Positions 7,844 to 16,786 of a stretch of 32,000 nucleotides of DNA are shown in pieces. The translations under genes were made by a program, and so were the position numbers. The stretch lies in NCBI RefSeq assembly GCF_000012805.1, contig NC_007484.1, forward strand, positions 3,210,001 to 3,242,000. The letters are read 5' to 3'. Origin of the DNA: Nitrosococcus oceani ATCC 19707 (lineage in GTDB: Bacteria; Pseudomonadota; Gammaproteobacteria; Nitrosococcales; Nitrosococcaceae). A model generated the notes under the pieces. It searched no databases and was not told where the DNA came from. It worked only from the letters and a program-made list of their open reading frames with translations. The stretch's first letter is position 1; every line of letters begins with the position of its first letter.

Positions 7844-10138
7844 TTATAGCGGCTCTTTCACGGCGGCCGCCTGCTCCCTCTCAACACCCACCTTGGTCGG
7901 TCCAGGGGATTCCGGTTCCTGGGACAACCCTTCCCGGCCTTCTTCCGATGGAGCCTTTTTTCTATCAGAAGCCGTCTCTTCTAGAGGTGATTTCGCGGGA
8001 GGAGTCGTTAACACCGTTGAAGAGGGTAAGGAGTCCTTTTCGGGATATTGCGCTTCTTCTGGCCGCTTTGTCTCTTCCTCTTCTTTTCTACCGCTGCGGT
8101 GACGATATCGGCCAGTGGCATTGACGCGGCGGCGCCGGCCTCCCCGTCGGCCTCGGGTAGTCGTCCTTGAAGATGGGGCGCTAGAACTCTCTGTGCCATT
8201 CTGCATATCCTGAGTTTCCTTTGCTTCCGATGCCGCCTGCCCACTCTCTGCCCCAGAAGAAACACCACTGCCTTCATTGCCCTGGGTATTTTCCTTGCGA
8301 TTGTGCTGCCGACCTGAACCGCGCCGCCCTCTACCTTGAGAACGCCCGCGCCGGGGAGGCAAACGCCCTCGTTCGCCCGTTTCTTCAGAAACTACTTCTG
8401 TTTCTTGGGTCACCACTTCTGCCACATCTAATTCTTGGTCCCCCTTCATGAACGCTGTCCAAAAGCGCCTTAAAAAATCGGGCTCAGCCTTTGGGGCTAC
8501 CGGTTGCGGTTCAGGCTTAGGAAATAAAGGAGAACCTGCTTTAACCAAGGGCTCATCTGGGATAGCGCTAGGTGTTAAAAGCGCCGGCTTTTTAGGACTT
8601 GGTTCATTTGCCATCTGGTAACTTTGCATCTCAAACCGTTTATCCACTCGGCTCTCACCTTTCCCTACATCTTTAATACGCTCAATCTCAAAAACCGGGG
8701 TTTCCAGATGAGAATTAGGAACTAAAAACAAGTGTGCCCCGTATCGCTTTTCAATGGCGGCAAGGTTAGCCCGTTTTTCATTGAGCAAAAAGGAGGCTAC
8801 GGAAATAGGAAGCTGAATTACCATACGGGCAGTCTTTTCTTTAGCTGCCCCTTCTTCGATAAGACGTAAGACTGATAACCCCAAAGATTCCACTCCCCGG
8901 ACCTGGCCCCGGCCATTACAGCGTGGACATACGACTTGATGGGCCTCTCCTAGGGAGGGTCGCAATCGCTGCCGTGACATCTCTAAAAGCCCAAATCTGG
9001 AAATACGGCCTACTTGCACTCGCGCCCGATCCTCGCGCAAACACTCGCGTAACCGATTTTCGACCGCCCGTTGATTACGCAACGGCGCCATATCAATAAA
9101 ATCGATAACGATCAATCCCCCTAAATCACGCAGCCTTAGTTGACGTGCTATCTCCTCAGCCGCTTCTAAGTTAGTGGAAAGGGCCGTCTCCTCAATATCC
9201 TCGCCCTTATTTGCCCGCGCCGAGTTAATATCGATGGTGGTCAAAGCCTCAGTATAATCGACGACAATCGCGCCACCAGAAGGCAGTGCTACCTCATGCT
9301 GGAATGCCGTCTCAATTTGAGACTCGATTTGAAAGCGGGTGAAAAGAGAAACCTTATCTTGGTAAAGTTTAAGTTTGCGTAGCTCAGGGGGCATTACTTG
9401 GCGCATGAAATCATAGGCCCGCTGGTAAACATCTGGAGTATCAATAAGGATCTCGCCTATATCCAGGCGGAGGTAATCCCGCAATGCGCGAATAATGACA
9501 TCGCTTTCCTGATAGATAAGAAAAGGCGCGGGCCGCCCCTCAGCGGCCGCCTGGATAGAATGCCAAAGGTGGAGTAAGTAATTAAGATCCCATTGTAATT
9601 CCTCAGCGTTTTTACCAACGGCGGCAGTCCGCGTAATGAGACCCATACCTTCAGGAATTTCGAGGGTACGCATTGCCTCCAATAGCATACTTCTCTCTTC
9701 CCCCTCGATCCGGCGCGAAACCCCACCAGCCCTTGGATTATTAGGCATCAAAACGAGATACCGTCCAGCTAGACTAATAAAAGTAGAGAGCGCCGCGCCC
9801 TTATTGCCTCGCTCTTCTTTTTCTACCTGAACGACTAATTCTTGCCCTTCTTTAAGCACGTCCTGGACTTTAGGGCGGTCTCCAGATTCTCCCTGGTGGG
9901 ACTGAAAATAGCTGCGCGTCACCTCTTTAAGGGGCAAAAATCCTTGGCGATCAGCGCCATAATCTACAAATACGGCATCTAAGCTTGGTTCTATTCGGGT
10001 AATTTTACCCTTATAAATATTGGCTTTTTTCTGTTCCCGAGCCGGATTTTCAATATCCAAATCTTGTAGGTATTGGCCATCAACCATAGCTACTCGCAAC
10101 TCTTCCGCATGAGTTGCATTAATAAGCATTCTTTTCAT
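7844..10138 (-). CDS. rne: ribonuclease E
   Basis: N-terminus [21 protein letters not shown]. An S1 domain is present. The Zn-link motif CPRCNGRG is present. The C-terminal third is Arg/Gly/Ser/Glu-rich and low complexity, with two Arg-rich blocks. 764 aa. Confidence 0.95.
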   Translation of the reverse strand: MKRMLINATHAEELRVAMVDGQYLQDLDIENPAREQKKANIYKGKITRIEPSLDAVFVDYGADRQGFLPLKEVTRSYFQSHQGESGDRPKVQDVLKEGQELVVQVEKEERGNKGAALSTFISLAGRYLVLMPNNPRAGGVSRRIEGEERSMLLEAMRTLEIPEGMGLITRTAAVGKNAEELQWDLNYLLHLWHSIQAAAEGRPAPFLIYQESDVIIRALRDYLRLDIGEILIDTPDVYQRAYDFMRQVMPPELRKLKLYQDKVSLFTRFQIESQIETAFQHEVALPSGGAIVVDYTEALTTIDINSARANKGEDIEETALSTNLEAAEEIARQLRLRDLGGLIVIDFIDMAPLRNQRAVENRLRECLREDRARVQVGRISRFGLLEMSRQRLRPSLGEAHQVVCPRCNGRGQVRGVESLGLSVLRLIEEGAAKEKTARMVIQLPISVASFLLNEKRANLAAIEKRYGAHLFLVPNSHLETPVFEIERIKDVGKGESRVDKRFEMQSYQMANEPSPKKPALLTPSAIPDEPLVKAGSPLFPKPEPQPVAPKAEPDFLRRFWTAFMKGDQELDVAEVVTQETEVVSEETGERGRLPPRRGRSQGRGRRGSGRQHNRKENTQGNEGSGVSSGAESGQAASEAKETQDMQNGTESSSAPSSRTTTRGRRGGRRRRVNATGRYRHRSGRKEEEETKRPEEAQYPEKDSLPSSTVLTTPPAKSPLEETASDRKKAPSEEGREGLSQEPESPGPTKVGVEREQAAAVKEPL

Positions 10139-11118
10139 GTGTCTCGTTCCTTAATTTCTTCGCATATTTATACCCTCAGCCAACTCCTGCCTATTCAAAT
10201 CCAAATGTATCAAGCTTAATAATAAGCGGCAGCCATGCTGCGGGTACTTGCGAGAGAAACGAGAATGGCAATCAAAATGCCAATTTTAGTATGAGGATCT
10301 ATGCTCGGACCTGGAAACCTTCACAATTAGGGTATACAAAAACCGGGCAACCTAGTCTGCTGATAATATAATAAGATATCCGCCCCCCTATATCATATTC
10401 CTTCCAATTGAGACAAAAGAGGCAACACCGCTGTACATGTGCTCGTGTTCTTAGTCATGCAAACTAGCCATCCCGTCTCTGCAGGGCACCTCCACCTCAC
10501 CTGTCCACCCATCGGCGAAGTTGCTCTGCCAGAAGCCCATCCTGCTATATATAAATAATATGAGCAGAGAACATCAATCATTTTTTTCAAGCGCGGCAAT
10601 AAGCCTTTGCTCGCCCAAATCTTGCTTATTTTCTAAGCCTAGAAAAAACTGAATCGCCCAAACCTTCTTTTTTATCATAAGTTTCTGGCCCAGCTTTTCA
10701 TCACAAGAACCTCAAATCTACTCGTTACTCCACGCAAAACCTCATTTTATCGCTGCAGTCCTGGTGCTATTATCCCGTTCAATTTAAAATTAGCACGGCC
10801 TGCAACGATCCTGAACTATATTCTACTAGCAAGCGACTGATATATGTCTTATAGGAACCATACCTCGGCCTTTTAGGCCCAAAAATCCTGCTTCCCTTTT
10901 TAATTAACACGCCACATAAAATATGTCTCTCATCGCTGGCAGGCAGTCACCACCTTCACCCTAAAGCCAGTTAGACAGACTTTCTTTAAAACAGTGCCTT
11001 CAAACTACCCCCTTTACTTATATACGCAACTTGTGGGTGGCGAACTAACTCTTCGCAATATATCAGGCTGTCCCTTAAGCATCAAATAGATGCATTCCTT
11101 GGTATTATAACTAGGCTT

Positions 11119-12093
11119 ATGAATACTGCGAAAAAACCACCAGCGGCCCAAGTCCGCATCCTGAAAATACATCTAGAGCAGGCAGGCCAACGGATCGACA
11201 ATTTTTTGTTTTCCCAGCTCAAAGGAGTTCCCAAGAGTAGGATTTACCGTTGCCTCCGCAAGGGAGAGGTCCGAGTTAATAAATCCCGCATCGCTAGTAG
11301 CTACCGCCTACAACAAGGAGACCAGGTCAGGGTTCCGCCACTGCGCGTATCTCATTCCCCCCTTAAGAGACCGATAGCTCACTCCCTCTTGCTCCTAATT
11401 AAGAACAGCTTATTGTATGAGGATAAGGAGCTACTCATGCTCAACAAACCGGCCAGAATCCCGGTCCACGGGGGGAGTGGGGTAAGTTATGGAATTATTG
11501 AGGCGCTGCGGATTTTGCGCCCAGAGGCCGCCTTTTTGGAGCTAGTACACCGTTTAGACCGAGAAACTTCCGGTTGCCTTATGGTAGCCAAAACCAGAAG
11601 CGCCTTACTGACGCTCCAAGCAATGCAGCAAAAACAACTTATCCACAAACGCTATCTTGCCCTCGTCAAAGGGCGTTGGCGAAAAAATGTCCAGCGGGTA
11701 GACTTGCCCCTACTAAAAAATATATTACGTTCTGAAGAACGGATAGTTAAGGTGAATTCAGCTGGCAAGCCCGCTATTAGTCACTTCTACCCCAAACTTT
11801 TTTATGGAGGTGAAGCAACCCTTATGGAGGTTACCTTAGAAACCGGTCGCACACATCAGATACGGGTACACGCCGCTCACCTTGGACACCCTCTCGGTGG
11901 CGATGAAAAATATGGTGATTCCAGCTTCAATAAGCAATTACGATGTATGGGATTACATCGACTATTTCTCCATGCTAGCCAGCTCACCTTTACTCTGCCG
12001 GAAGGGAAAAAGACAATAAAAGCCGCCGCCCCTCTGCCCAAGGAATTAAATGCTGTGCTGCAAACATACGCTGCCAAGCTCAGAGCTAAATAA
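11119..12093 (+). CDS. rluC: 23S rRNA pseudouridine synthase, RluA family (RluC-like)
   Basis: An N-terminal S4 RNA-binding domain (RIDNFLFSQLKGVPKSRIYRCLRKGEVRVN) and the catalytic motif HRLDRETSGCL are present. It is divergent from rne, as in E. coli and Pseudomonas. Confidence 0.9.
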   Translation: MNTAKKPPAAQVRILKIHLEQAGQRIDNFLFSQLKGVPKSRIYRCLRKGEVRVNKSRIASSYRLQQGDQVRVPPLRVSHSPLKRPIAHSLLLLIKNSLLYEDKELLMLNKPARIPVHGGSGVSYGIIEALRILRPEAAFLELVHRLDRETSGCLMVAKTRSALLTLQAMQQKQLIHKRYLALVKGRWRKNVQRVDLPLLKNILRSEERIVKVNSAGKPAISHFYPKLFYGGEATLMEVTLETGRTHQIRVHAAHLGHPLGGDEKYGDSSFNKQLRCMGLHRLFLHASQLTFTLPEGKKTIKAAAPLPKELNAVLQTYAAKLRAK

Positions 12094-12195
12094 ATTTCAA
12101 ATTGAAAAGCAGCAAGCATTGCGACGCCATTCTTAGCGGCATTAACCCCTTATACGATTAACCTTGTTAGCCCAACTTTTGTTTACGGAGGCCCC

Positions 12196-13173
12196 ATGTC
12201 AAACCAAGATCCATCTACGACCGATCTAAGCAAAACACAGGCAATCCAGCGCAACTGGGAGCGAGAGGTCTTGGAGCGTTTGGCTTTTAGCGCTCTTAAA
12301 GAACAGCGGCGGGCGCGTCGTTGGAGTATTTTTTTCAAACTACTCTTTGCTGCCTATTTACTCGTTCTCTTGCTGCTTTATCTTCCTAATGGGCTTAGCG
12401 CTCCAGGAATAATTACGCCCCACACTGCCTTAGTAAAAATAGAAGGGATCATTGGCAGCGACTCATTTGCAAATGCGGAAAATATAAAAAAAGGACTAAA
12501 AGCCGCCTTTGAGAACGAACATATCGCTGGGTTAATTCTGCATATCAATAGTCCTGGCGGCAGCCCAGTCCAGGCAAACCAAATCAACGACCAAATCCAT
12601 CAATTGCGCAAAGAACATCCTAATATCCCTATCCACGCCGTTATTACAGACATCTGCGCCTCGGGAGGATATTACATTGCGGTAGCGGCAGATCAAATTT
12701 ATGCGGACAAAGCAAGTATCGTGGGTTCCATTGGTGCTCTGATCAATAGTTTCGGCTTCGTTGAAGCTATGGAAAAACTGGGAATTGAGCGGCGCCTCTT
12801 TACTGCAGGCGACTATAAAGGTTTCCTTGATCCGTTCTCGCCTATGAAAGAATTCGAATCCCAACATATCCAAAAGATGCTAGACAACATCCACAAGCAA
12901 TTCATTCAGGTTGTAAAAGACAACCGCGGAGAACGACTCAAGAACGATTCTTCCCTATTCAGCGGATTAGTCTGGACAGGCGAGCAAGCCATCGATCTAG
13001 GATTGATCGATGGCTTGGGAAACAGCAACTACGTGGCTCGCGAGATCATAGGAGCGGAAAAAATTGTCGATTACACCCCCCAGCCCAAGCTCCTAGATCG
13101 CTTCTCTCGCCAGCTTGGAGCCACTTTCGCTAATATGCTATCCGGCTTCACCCTTGCGGCTAATACAAGATAG
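12196..13173 (+). CDS. sppA: S49-family peptidase (signal peptide peptidase SppA, 36K type / SohB-like)
   Basis: There is one N-terminal TM segment. The motifs INSPGGS and CASGGYYIA (catalytic Ser region) are present, and the GDYK region follows. 325 aa. Confidence 0.85.
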   Translation: MSNQDPSTTDLSKTQAIQRNWEREVLERLAFSALKEQRRARRWSIFFKLLFAAYLLVLLLLYLPNGLSAPGIITPHTALVKIEGIIGSDSFANAENIKKGLKAAFENEHIAGLILHINSPGGSPVQANQINDQIHQLRKEHPNIPIHAVITDICASGGYYIAVAADQIYADKASIVGSIGALINSFGFVEAMEKLGIERRLFTAGDYKGFLDPFSPMKEFESQHIQKMLDNIHKQFIQVVKDNRGERLKNDSSLFSGLVWTGEQAIDLGLIDGLGNSNYVAREIIGAEKIVDYTPQPKLLDRFSRQLGATFANMLSGFTLAANTR

Positions 13174-13204
13174 CCAACAAAGACAGGGCGTATGAAAAAA
13201 AATA

Positions 13205-13230
13205 CCCCCGCGGAGAAAACTCCCCGGGGG
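13205..13230. terminator. GC-rich hairpin terminator between convergent sppA and pfp; stronger on the minus strand
   Basis: CCCCCG-c-GGAG-aaaa-CTCC-c-CGGGGG forms 10 bp with a 1x1 mismatch and a tetraloop. It is flanked on the left by an A run of about 8, which gives a U-tract after the hairpin for the minus-strand pfp transcript. Confidence 0.55.
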
Positions 13231-13287
13231 GCTATAAAATTTACCTTCAATCTTTGAAGCTTCCTCATTCATGGAGAATTTCAGCGT

Positions 13288-14553
13288 TCAGCGTAAAGTA
13301 AATGCTTCCTTGAGCTTCTTCTCAACTGGAACATTTTTGAGCTCAACATAGATGGGCAGCCCGTTTTTATAGGGAGGATAATCTTCCCCCTGAATTAAGG
13401 GAGCAAGATAGCTCCGCCCTTCTTCCGTAATCCCAAAACCTTCTTGGGTGATATAGCTTTGGGGCAGGGTTTTCTCTACATTAGCCACGTCCTTTAGGTG
13501 CGCTGAACCAATCTCCCAACGATAGGGATCATGAGAGGCGCGAAGGATAGTAGGCATCACCGCATTTTTACCTCTGATGGCGAATTCCACAGCAGCCTTA
13601 CCCACCGCATAGGCTTGCTCCACATCCACCCGGGAGGCGATATGCCGTGCCGCCCGCTGCAAATAATCAGCAACCGCCCAATGATATTTATAACCCAACC
13701 GCTCTTTCACCATCTGGGCAATAAAAGGGGCTACCCCCCCTAGCTGGGCATGGCCGAAAGCATCCCGCGACCCGGTTTCAGATAAAAATTGGCCTTCCTG
13801 GTTACGAACACCTTCCGAAGCCACCACCACACAGTAGCCATAATCTTTGACACTGGCATCCACTTTCTTAAGGAACCGCCCTTGCTCAAAGGGAATTTCG
13901 GGAAACAAAATAATATGAGGGGCATCGCCTTCCTGCTCTGCTGCTAACCCGCCTGCAGCAGCAATCCAACCCGCATGACGTCCCATCACCTCAAGGATAA
14001 AAACTTTCGTCGAAGTCCGAGCCATGGAGGCCACATCTAGAGCAGCTTCCCGCACCGAGACTGCCACGTATTTTGCTACGGATCCAAAGCCTGGACTGTT
14101 ATCAGTGAGCGGTAAATCATTATCCACGGTCTTGGGAACACCAATACACTTAATAGAATATCCTAGTCGATCCCCAAGCTGGGAGACTTTGTGGGCAGTA
14201 TCCTGAGAGTCGCCACCACCATTGTAAAAGAAATAGCCGATATCGTGCGCCTTAAACACCTCTATCAGACGTTCATACTCAGCCTTGTTTTCCTCAAGTC
14301 CCTTGAGCTTATAACGGCAAGATCCGAAAGCTCCCCCTGGCGTATGCCGTAAGGCAGCAATGTCATTATCACTGTCCTGGCTGGTATCGATAAGATCTTC
14401 AGTTAAGGCCCCAATAATGCCATTACGCCCAGCATAAACTTTGCCTATAACCTCCGGATGCTGCCGTGCAGCCTCAATGACACCACAGGCAGAAGCATTG
14501 ATAACTGCAGTCACGCCGCCGGATTGAGCATAAAACGCATTCTTTTTCGCCAT
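13288..14553 (-). CDS. pfp: phosphofructokinase, probably pyrophosphate-dependent (PPi-PFK)
   Basis: PFK-family motifs NGGGDSQ, GVPKTVDNDL and MGRHAGW are present. Lys in PKTVDND, where ATP-PFKs have Gly (PGTIDND), is the classical PPi-type marker. I prefer the start at 14553 (MAKKN) over 14559 because AAGGAGA sits 7 nt upstream of it. Confidence 0.88.
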   Translation of the reverse strand: MAKKNAFYAQSGGVTAVINASACGVIEAARQHPEVIGKVYAGRNGIIGALTEDLIDTSQDSDNDIAALRHTPGGAFGSCRYKLKGLEENKAEYERLIEVFKAHDIGYFFYNGGGDSQDTAHKVSQLGDRLGYSIKCIGVPKTVDNDLPLTDNSPGFGSVAKYVAVSVREAALDVASMARTSTKVFILEVMGRHAGWIAAAGGLAAEQEGDAPHIILFPEIPFEQGRFLKKVDASVKDYGYCVVVASEGVRNQEGQFLSETGSRDAFGHAQLGGVAPFIAQMVKERLGYKYHWAVADYLQRAARHIASRVDVEQAYAVGKAAVEFAIRGKNAVMPTILRASHDPYRWEIGSAHLKDVANVEKTLPQSYITQEGFGITEEGRSYLAPLIQGEDYPPYKNGLPIYVELKNVPVEKKLKEAFTLR

Positions 14554-14843
14554 CCTCATTCTCCTTAATTGATTTTACAAAAAAATCTTTTACCCGCTGA
14601 GAGCAAATTGCAAGCGTTAGATTGCCAAGAATGCCCATATTAGACCAGGTAAGCCTTTTAATCCGAACCTACCTGACCGCCGACCACCATTCTATCCGAA
14701 CTAATTGACTCCCACCGTCTACCGAGGTAGCGTAACAGCTTTTTGAGTCCCAGCCTGAAGGTAGTATGTTGGAGTGAAGCGCAATAAGTCGCTTCAACAC
14801 TTACTCATACGCTTGATATAGGCTATTTCGAGGCACATCCCTT

Positions 14844-15497
14844 ATGAGAGCAGTGTTACTTGGCGCCCCAGGCTCCGGAAAAGGCACCCAGGGCGAACGT
14901 CTATCCCAACAATATGGTATTCCTCAGGTCTCTACTGGAGATTTGCTGCGTGCTGCTGTAGCCGCTGGTAGCGAGCTAGGCAAACAAGCAAAAGCAGCCA
15001 TGGATGCGGGAGAACTAGTATCTGATCAAATCGTTATCGGCATTATCCGAGAGCGGCTAACCCAGCCTGATGCCGCTAAAGGTTATATCCTCGATGGATT
15101 TCCCCGGAATTTTACCCAAGCCCAAGCTCTTGATGAGATGCTCGCTACCCTAGAACGGCCTCTCCAGGCTATCATCCTGCTGGATGTAAATTTTGAAGTG
15201 CTTATGAGGCGGCTCACTGGACGGCGTACCTGCCAGGCGTGCGGAGCCATTTACAATATTTATTTTTCACCCCCCGAGGTAGACCACCGTTGCGATAAAT
15301 GCAACAGCGATCAGCTCGTTCAACGCTCGGACGATAACGAGGAGACCATCAGCAACCGCTTACGGGTTTACGAGGCCCAAACCGCTCCCCTGGTCGATTA
15401 CTATGAAGCTCAAGGCAAGCTATACAAGGTCGATGGAGAGGATGATATCACCAAAATCGCCAAAAACATCGGCCAGATTCTGGAAACTGCTAGATAG
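14844..15497 (+). CDS. adk: adenylate kinase (long type with a four-Cys lid)
   Basis: P-loop GAPGSGKGTQ. 217 aa. The lid carries C130-x2-C133 ... C150-x2-C153. Confidence 0.97.
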   Translation: MRAVLLGAPGSGKGTQGERLSQQYGIPQVSTGDLLRAAVAAGSELGKQAKAAMDAGELVSDQIVIGIIRERLTQPDAAKGYILDGFPRNFTQAQALDEMLATLERPLQAIILLDVNFEVLMRRLTGRRTCQACGAIYNIYFSPPEVDHRCDKCNSDQLVQRSDDNEETISNRLRVYEAQTAPLVDYYEAQGKLYKVDGEDDITKIAKNIGQILETAR

Positions 15498-15507
15498 CGG
15501 CTAACCG

Positions 15508-16380
15508 ATGGCCAAGGTACTCGGTATCGGAACTGCCACCCTTGATATCATTAACACCGTTGAATATTATCCTACGGAGGATGAAGAACTCAGGGTTTTA
15601 TCACAGCGCCGCTGCGTGGGGGGAAATTGTCCTAATACCCTTACTGTCCTCCAACAACTCAGCCACAAATGCGTTTTTGCAGGGATTATGGCGGATGATC
15701 CAGACGGACGGTTCATTGCCCAACAATTGAAACAAACAGGTGTCAAAGTAGATGATTGCCGGGTGGTGGAAGGAAGGACACCTACATCCTATATTACCTT
15801 AAGCCGCGCTACAGGCACCCGCACAATTGTCCACTATCGGGCCCTCCCCGAATTTAGCTTTGCCGATTTCGCAAAAATTGATCTCTCCTCTTTTGATTGG
15901 CTCCACTTTGAAGGCCGCAATATTACGGAAACGCTTGGCATGCTAACCTTCGTCCGGAAGAAATTTCCTTACCTTCCCTGGTCAGTGGAGATTGAAAAAC
16001 CCAGAGCCAACATTGAAAATCTTTTTGAGGGCGCCACTATTTTATTATTCTCCCGCCATTATGCGGCTTACCATGGCTATGCAAAAGCTCAAACTTTTCT
16101 TCAGGAGTTGCACTCATCCCTGCCCCACACTGAAAAAGTCTGCGCTTGGGGCAAGGAGGGAGCCTACGCTCTTGGTAATGGAGGGGAGATAAAACACGCA
16201 CCAGCTTTTTTCCCACCCCAGGTGGTGGATACCCTGGGGGCGGGAGATACTTTCAACGCGGGGTTTCTTAATGCCCGTCTGCGTAACCACTCTCTTTCTG
16301 AAAGCCTTACTTTGGCGTGCCAGCTAGCTGGCCGTAAGTGTGGGCAGCAGGGATTCAACGGTCTAGGAGACCAGCGATAA
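15508..16380 (+). CDS. PfkB-family sugar kinase, ketohexokinase-like
   Basis: It looks colinear over its full length with my recollection of human KHK. LHFEGRN matches [22 protein letters not shown] matches [28 protein letters not shown]...[19 protein letters not shown] matches VCAWAEEGADALG...[36 protein letters not shown] matches CQVAGKKCGLQGFDGI. It starts 10 nt after the adk stop. Confidence 0.85.
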   Translation: [290 protein letters not shown]

Positions 16381-16388
16381 TCAATACG

Positions 16389-16745
16389 ATGACAGAAACT
16401 TCATCTCTATTTTTGTGCCACTTGGAAGACCTTCCAGAATATGGCACCCGCGGTTTTACCCTTGAGCAACAGGAAATTTTTGTCATTCGCCAGGCCGCTC
16501 AGCTCTGGATCTACTTAAACCGCTGTCCCCATACGGGAGTAGCCCTCAACTGGGTCCCTCATCAATTCCTCGATTTGGAAGGCCAATACATCCAATGCGC
16601 AACTCATGGGGCCTTATTCCGGTTTCATGACGGCCTCTGCTTGGCTGGCCCCTGCCCTGGAACTCGCTTAGAACCAATACCATTTAAGCTGATCGGCAAT
16701 AAACTTTATCTCACCGATACGGAAAAGATGCCTACTTATTCCTAG
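16389..16745 (+). CDS. small soluble Rieske [2Fe-2S] domain protein (COG2146-like ferredoxin component)
   Basis: The Rieske ligands CPH (CPHTGV) and CxxH (CATHG) are present with typical spacing. I use the ATG at 16389 (MTETSS), 8 nt after the kinase stop. The ORF-track start at 16338 would overlap the kinase. Confidence 0.85.
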   Translation: MTETSSLFLCHLEDLPEYGTRGFTLEQQEIFVIRQAAQLWIYLNRCPHTGVALNWVPHQFLDLEGQYIQCATHGALFRFHDGLCLAGPCPGTRLEPIPFKLIGNKLYLTDTEKMPTYS

Positions 16746-16786
16746 ATTTATGGTGCTAGCTTTCCCAGCATATATCTATCTGATCA

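Noticed and set aside
10393-10599. 68-aa minus-strand ORF in the rne upstream region
   Set aside because: It is Cys/Trp-rich with an improbable composition and no SD. The region is better explained as rne leader/promoter DNA. A small protein cannot be fully excluded without Ribo-seq.
10842-10928. Direct repeat ATATGTCT (10842 and 10921) in the rne-rluC gap
   Set aside because: Several identical 8-mer pairs are expected by chance in about 1 kb. There is no extended similarity around the two copies.
14606-14629. Minus-strand TGGCAA-N-CTTGCA resembling a sigma54 promoter upstream of pfp
   Set aside because: The distance between the GG and GC dinucleotides is 9 or 13 nt, not 10, so it does not fit the consensus geometry.
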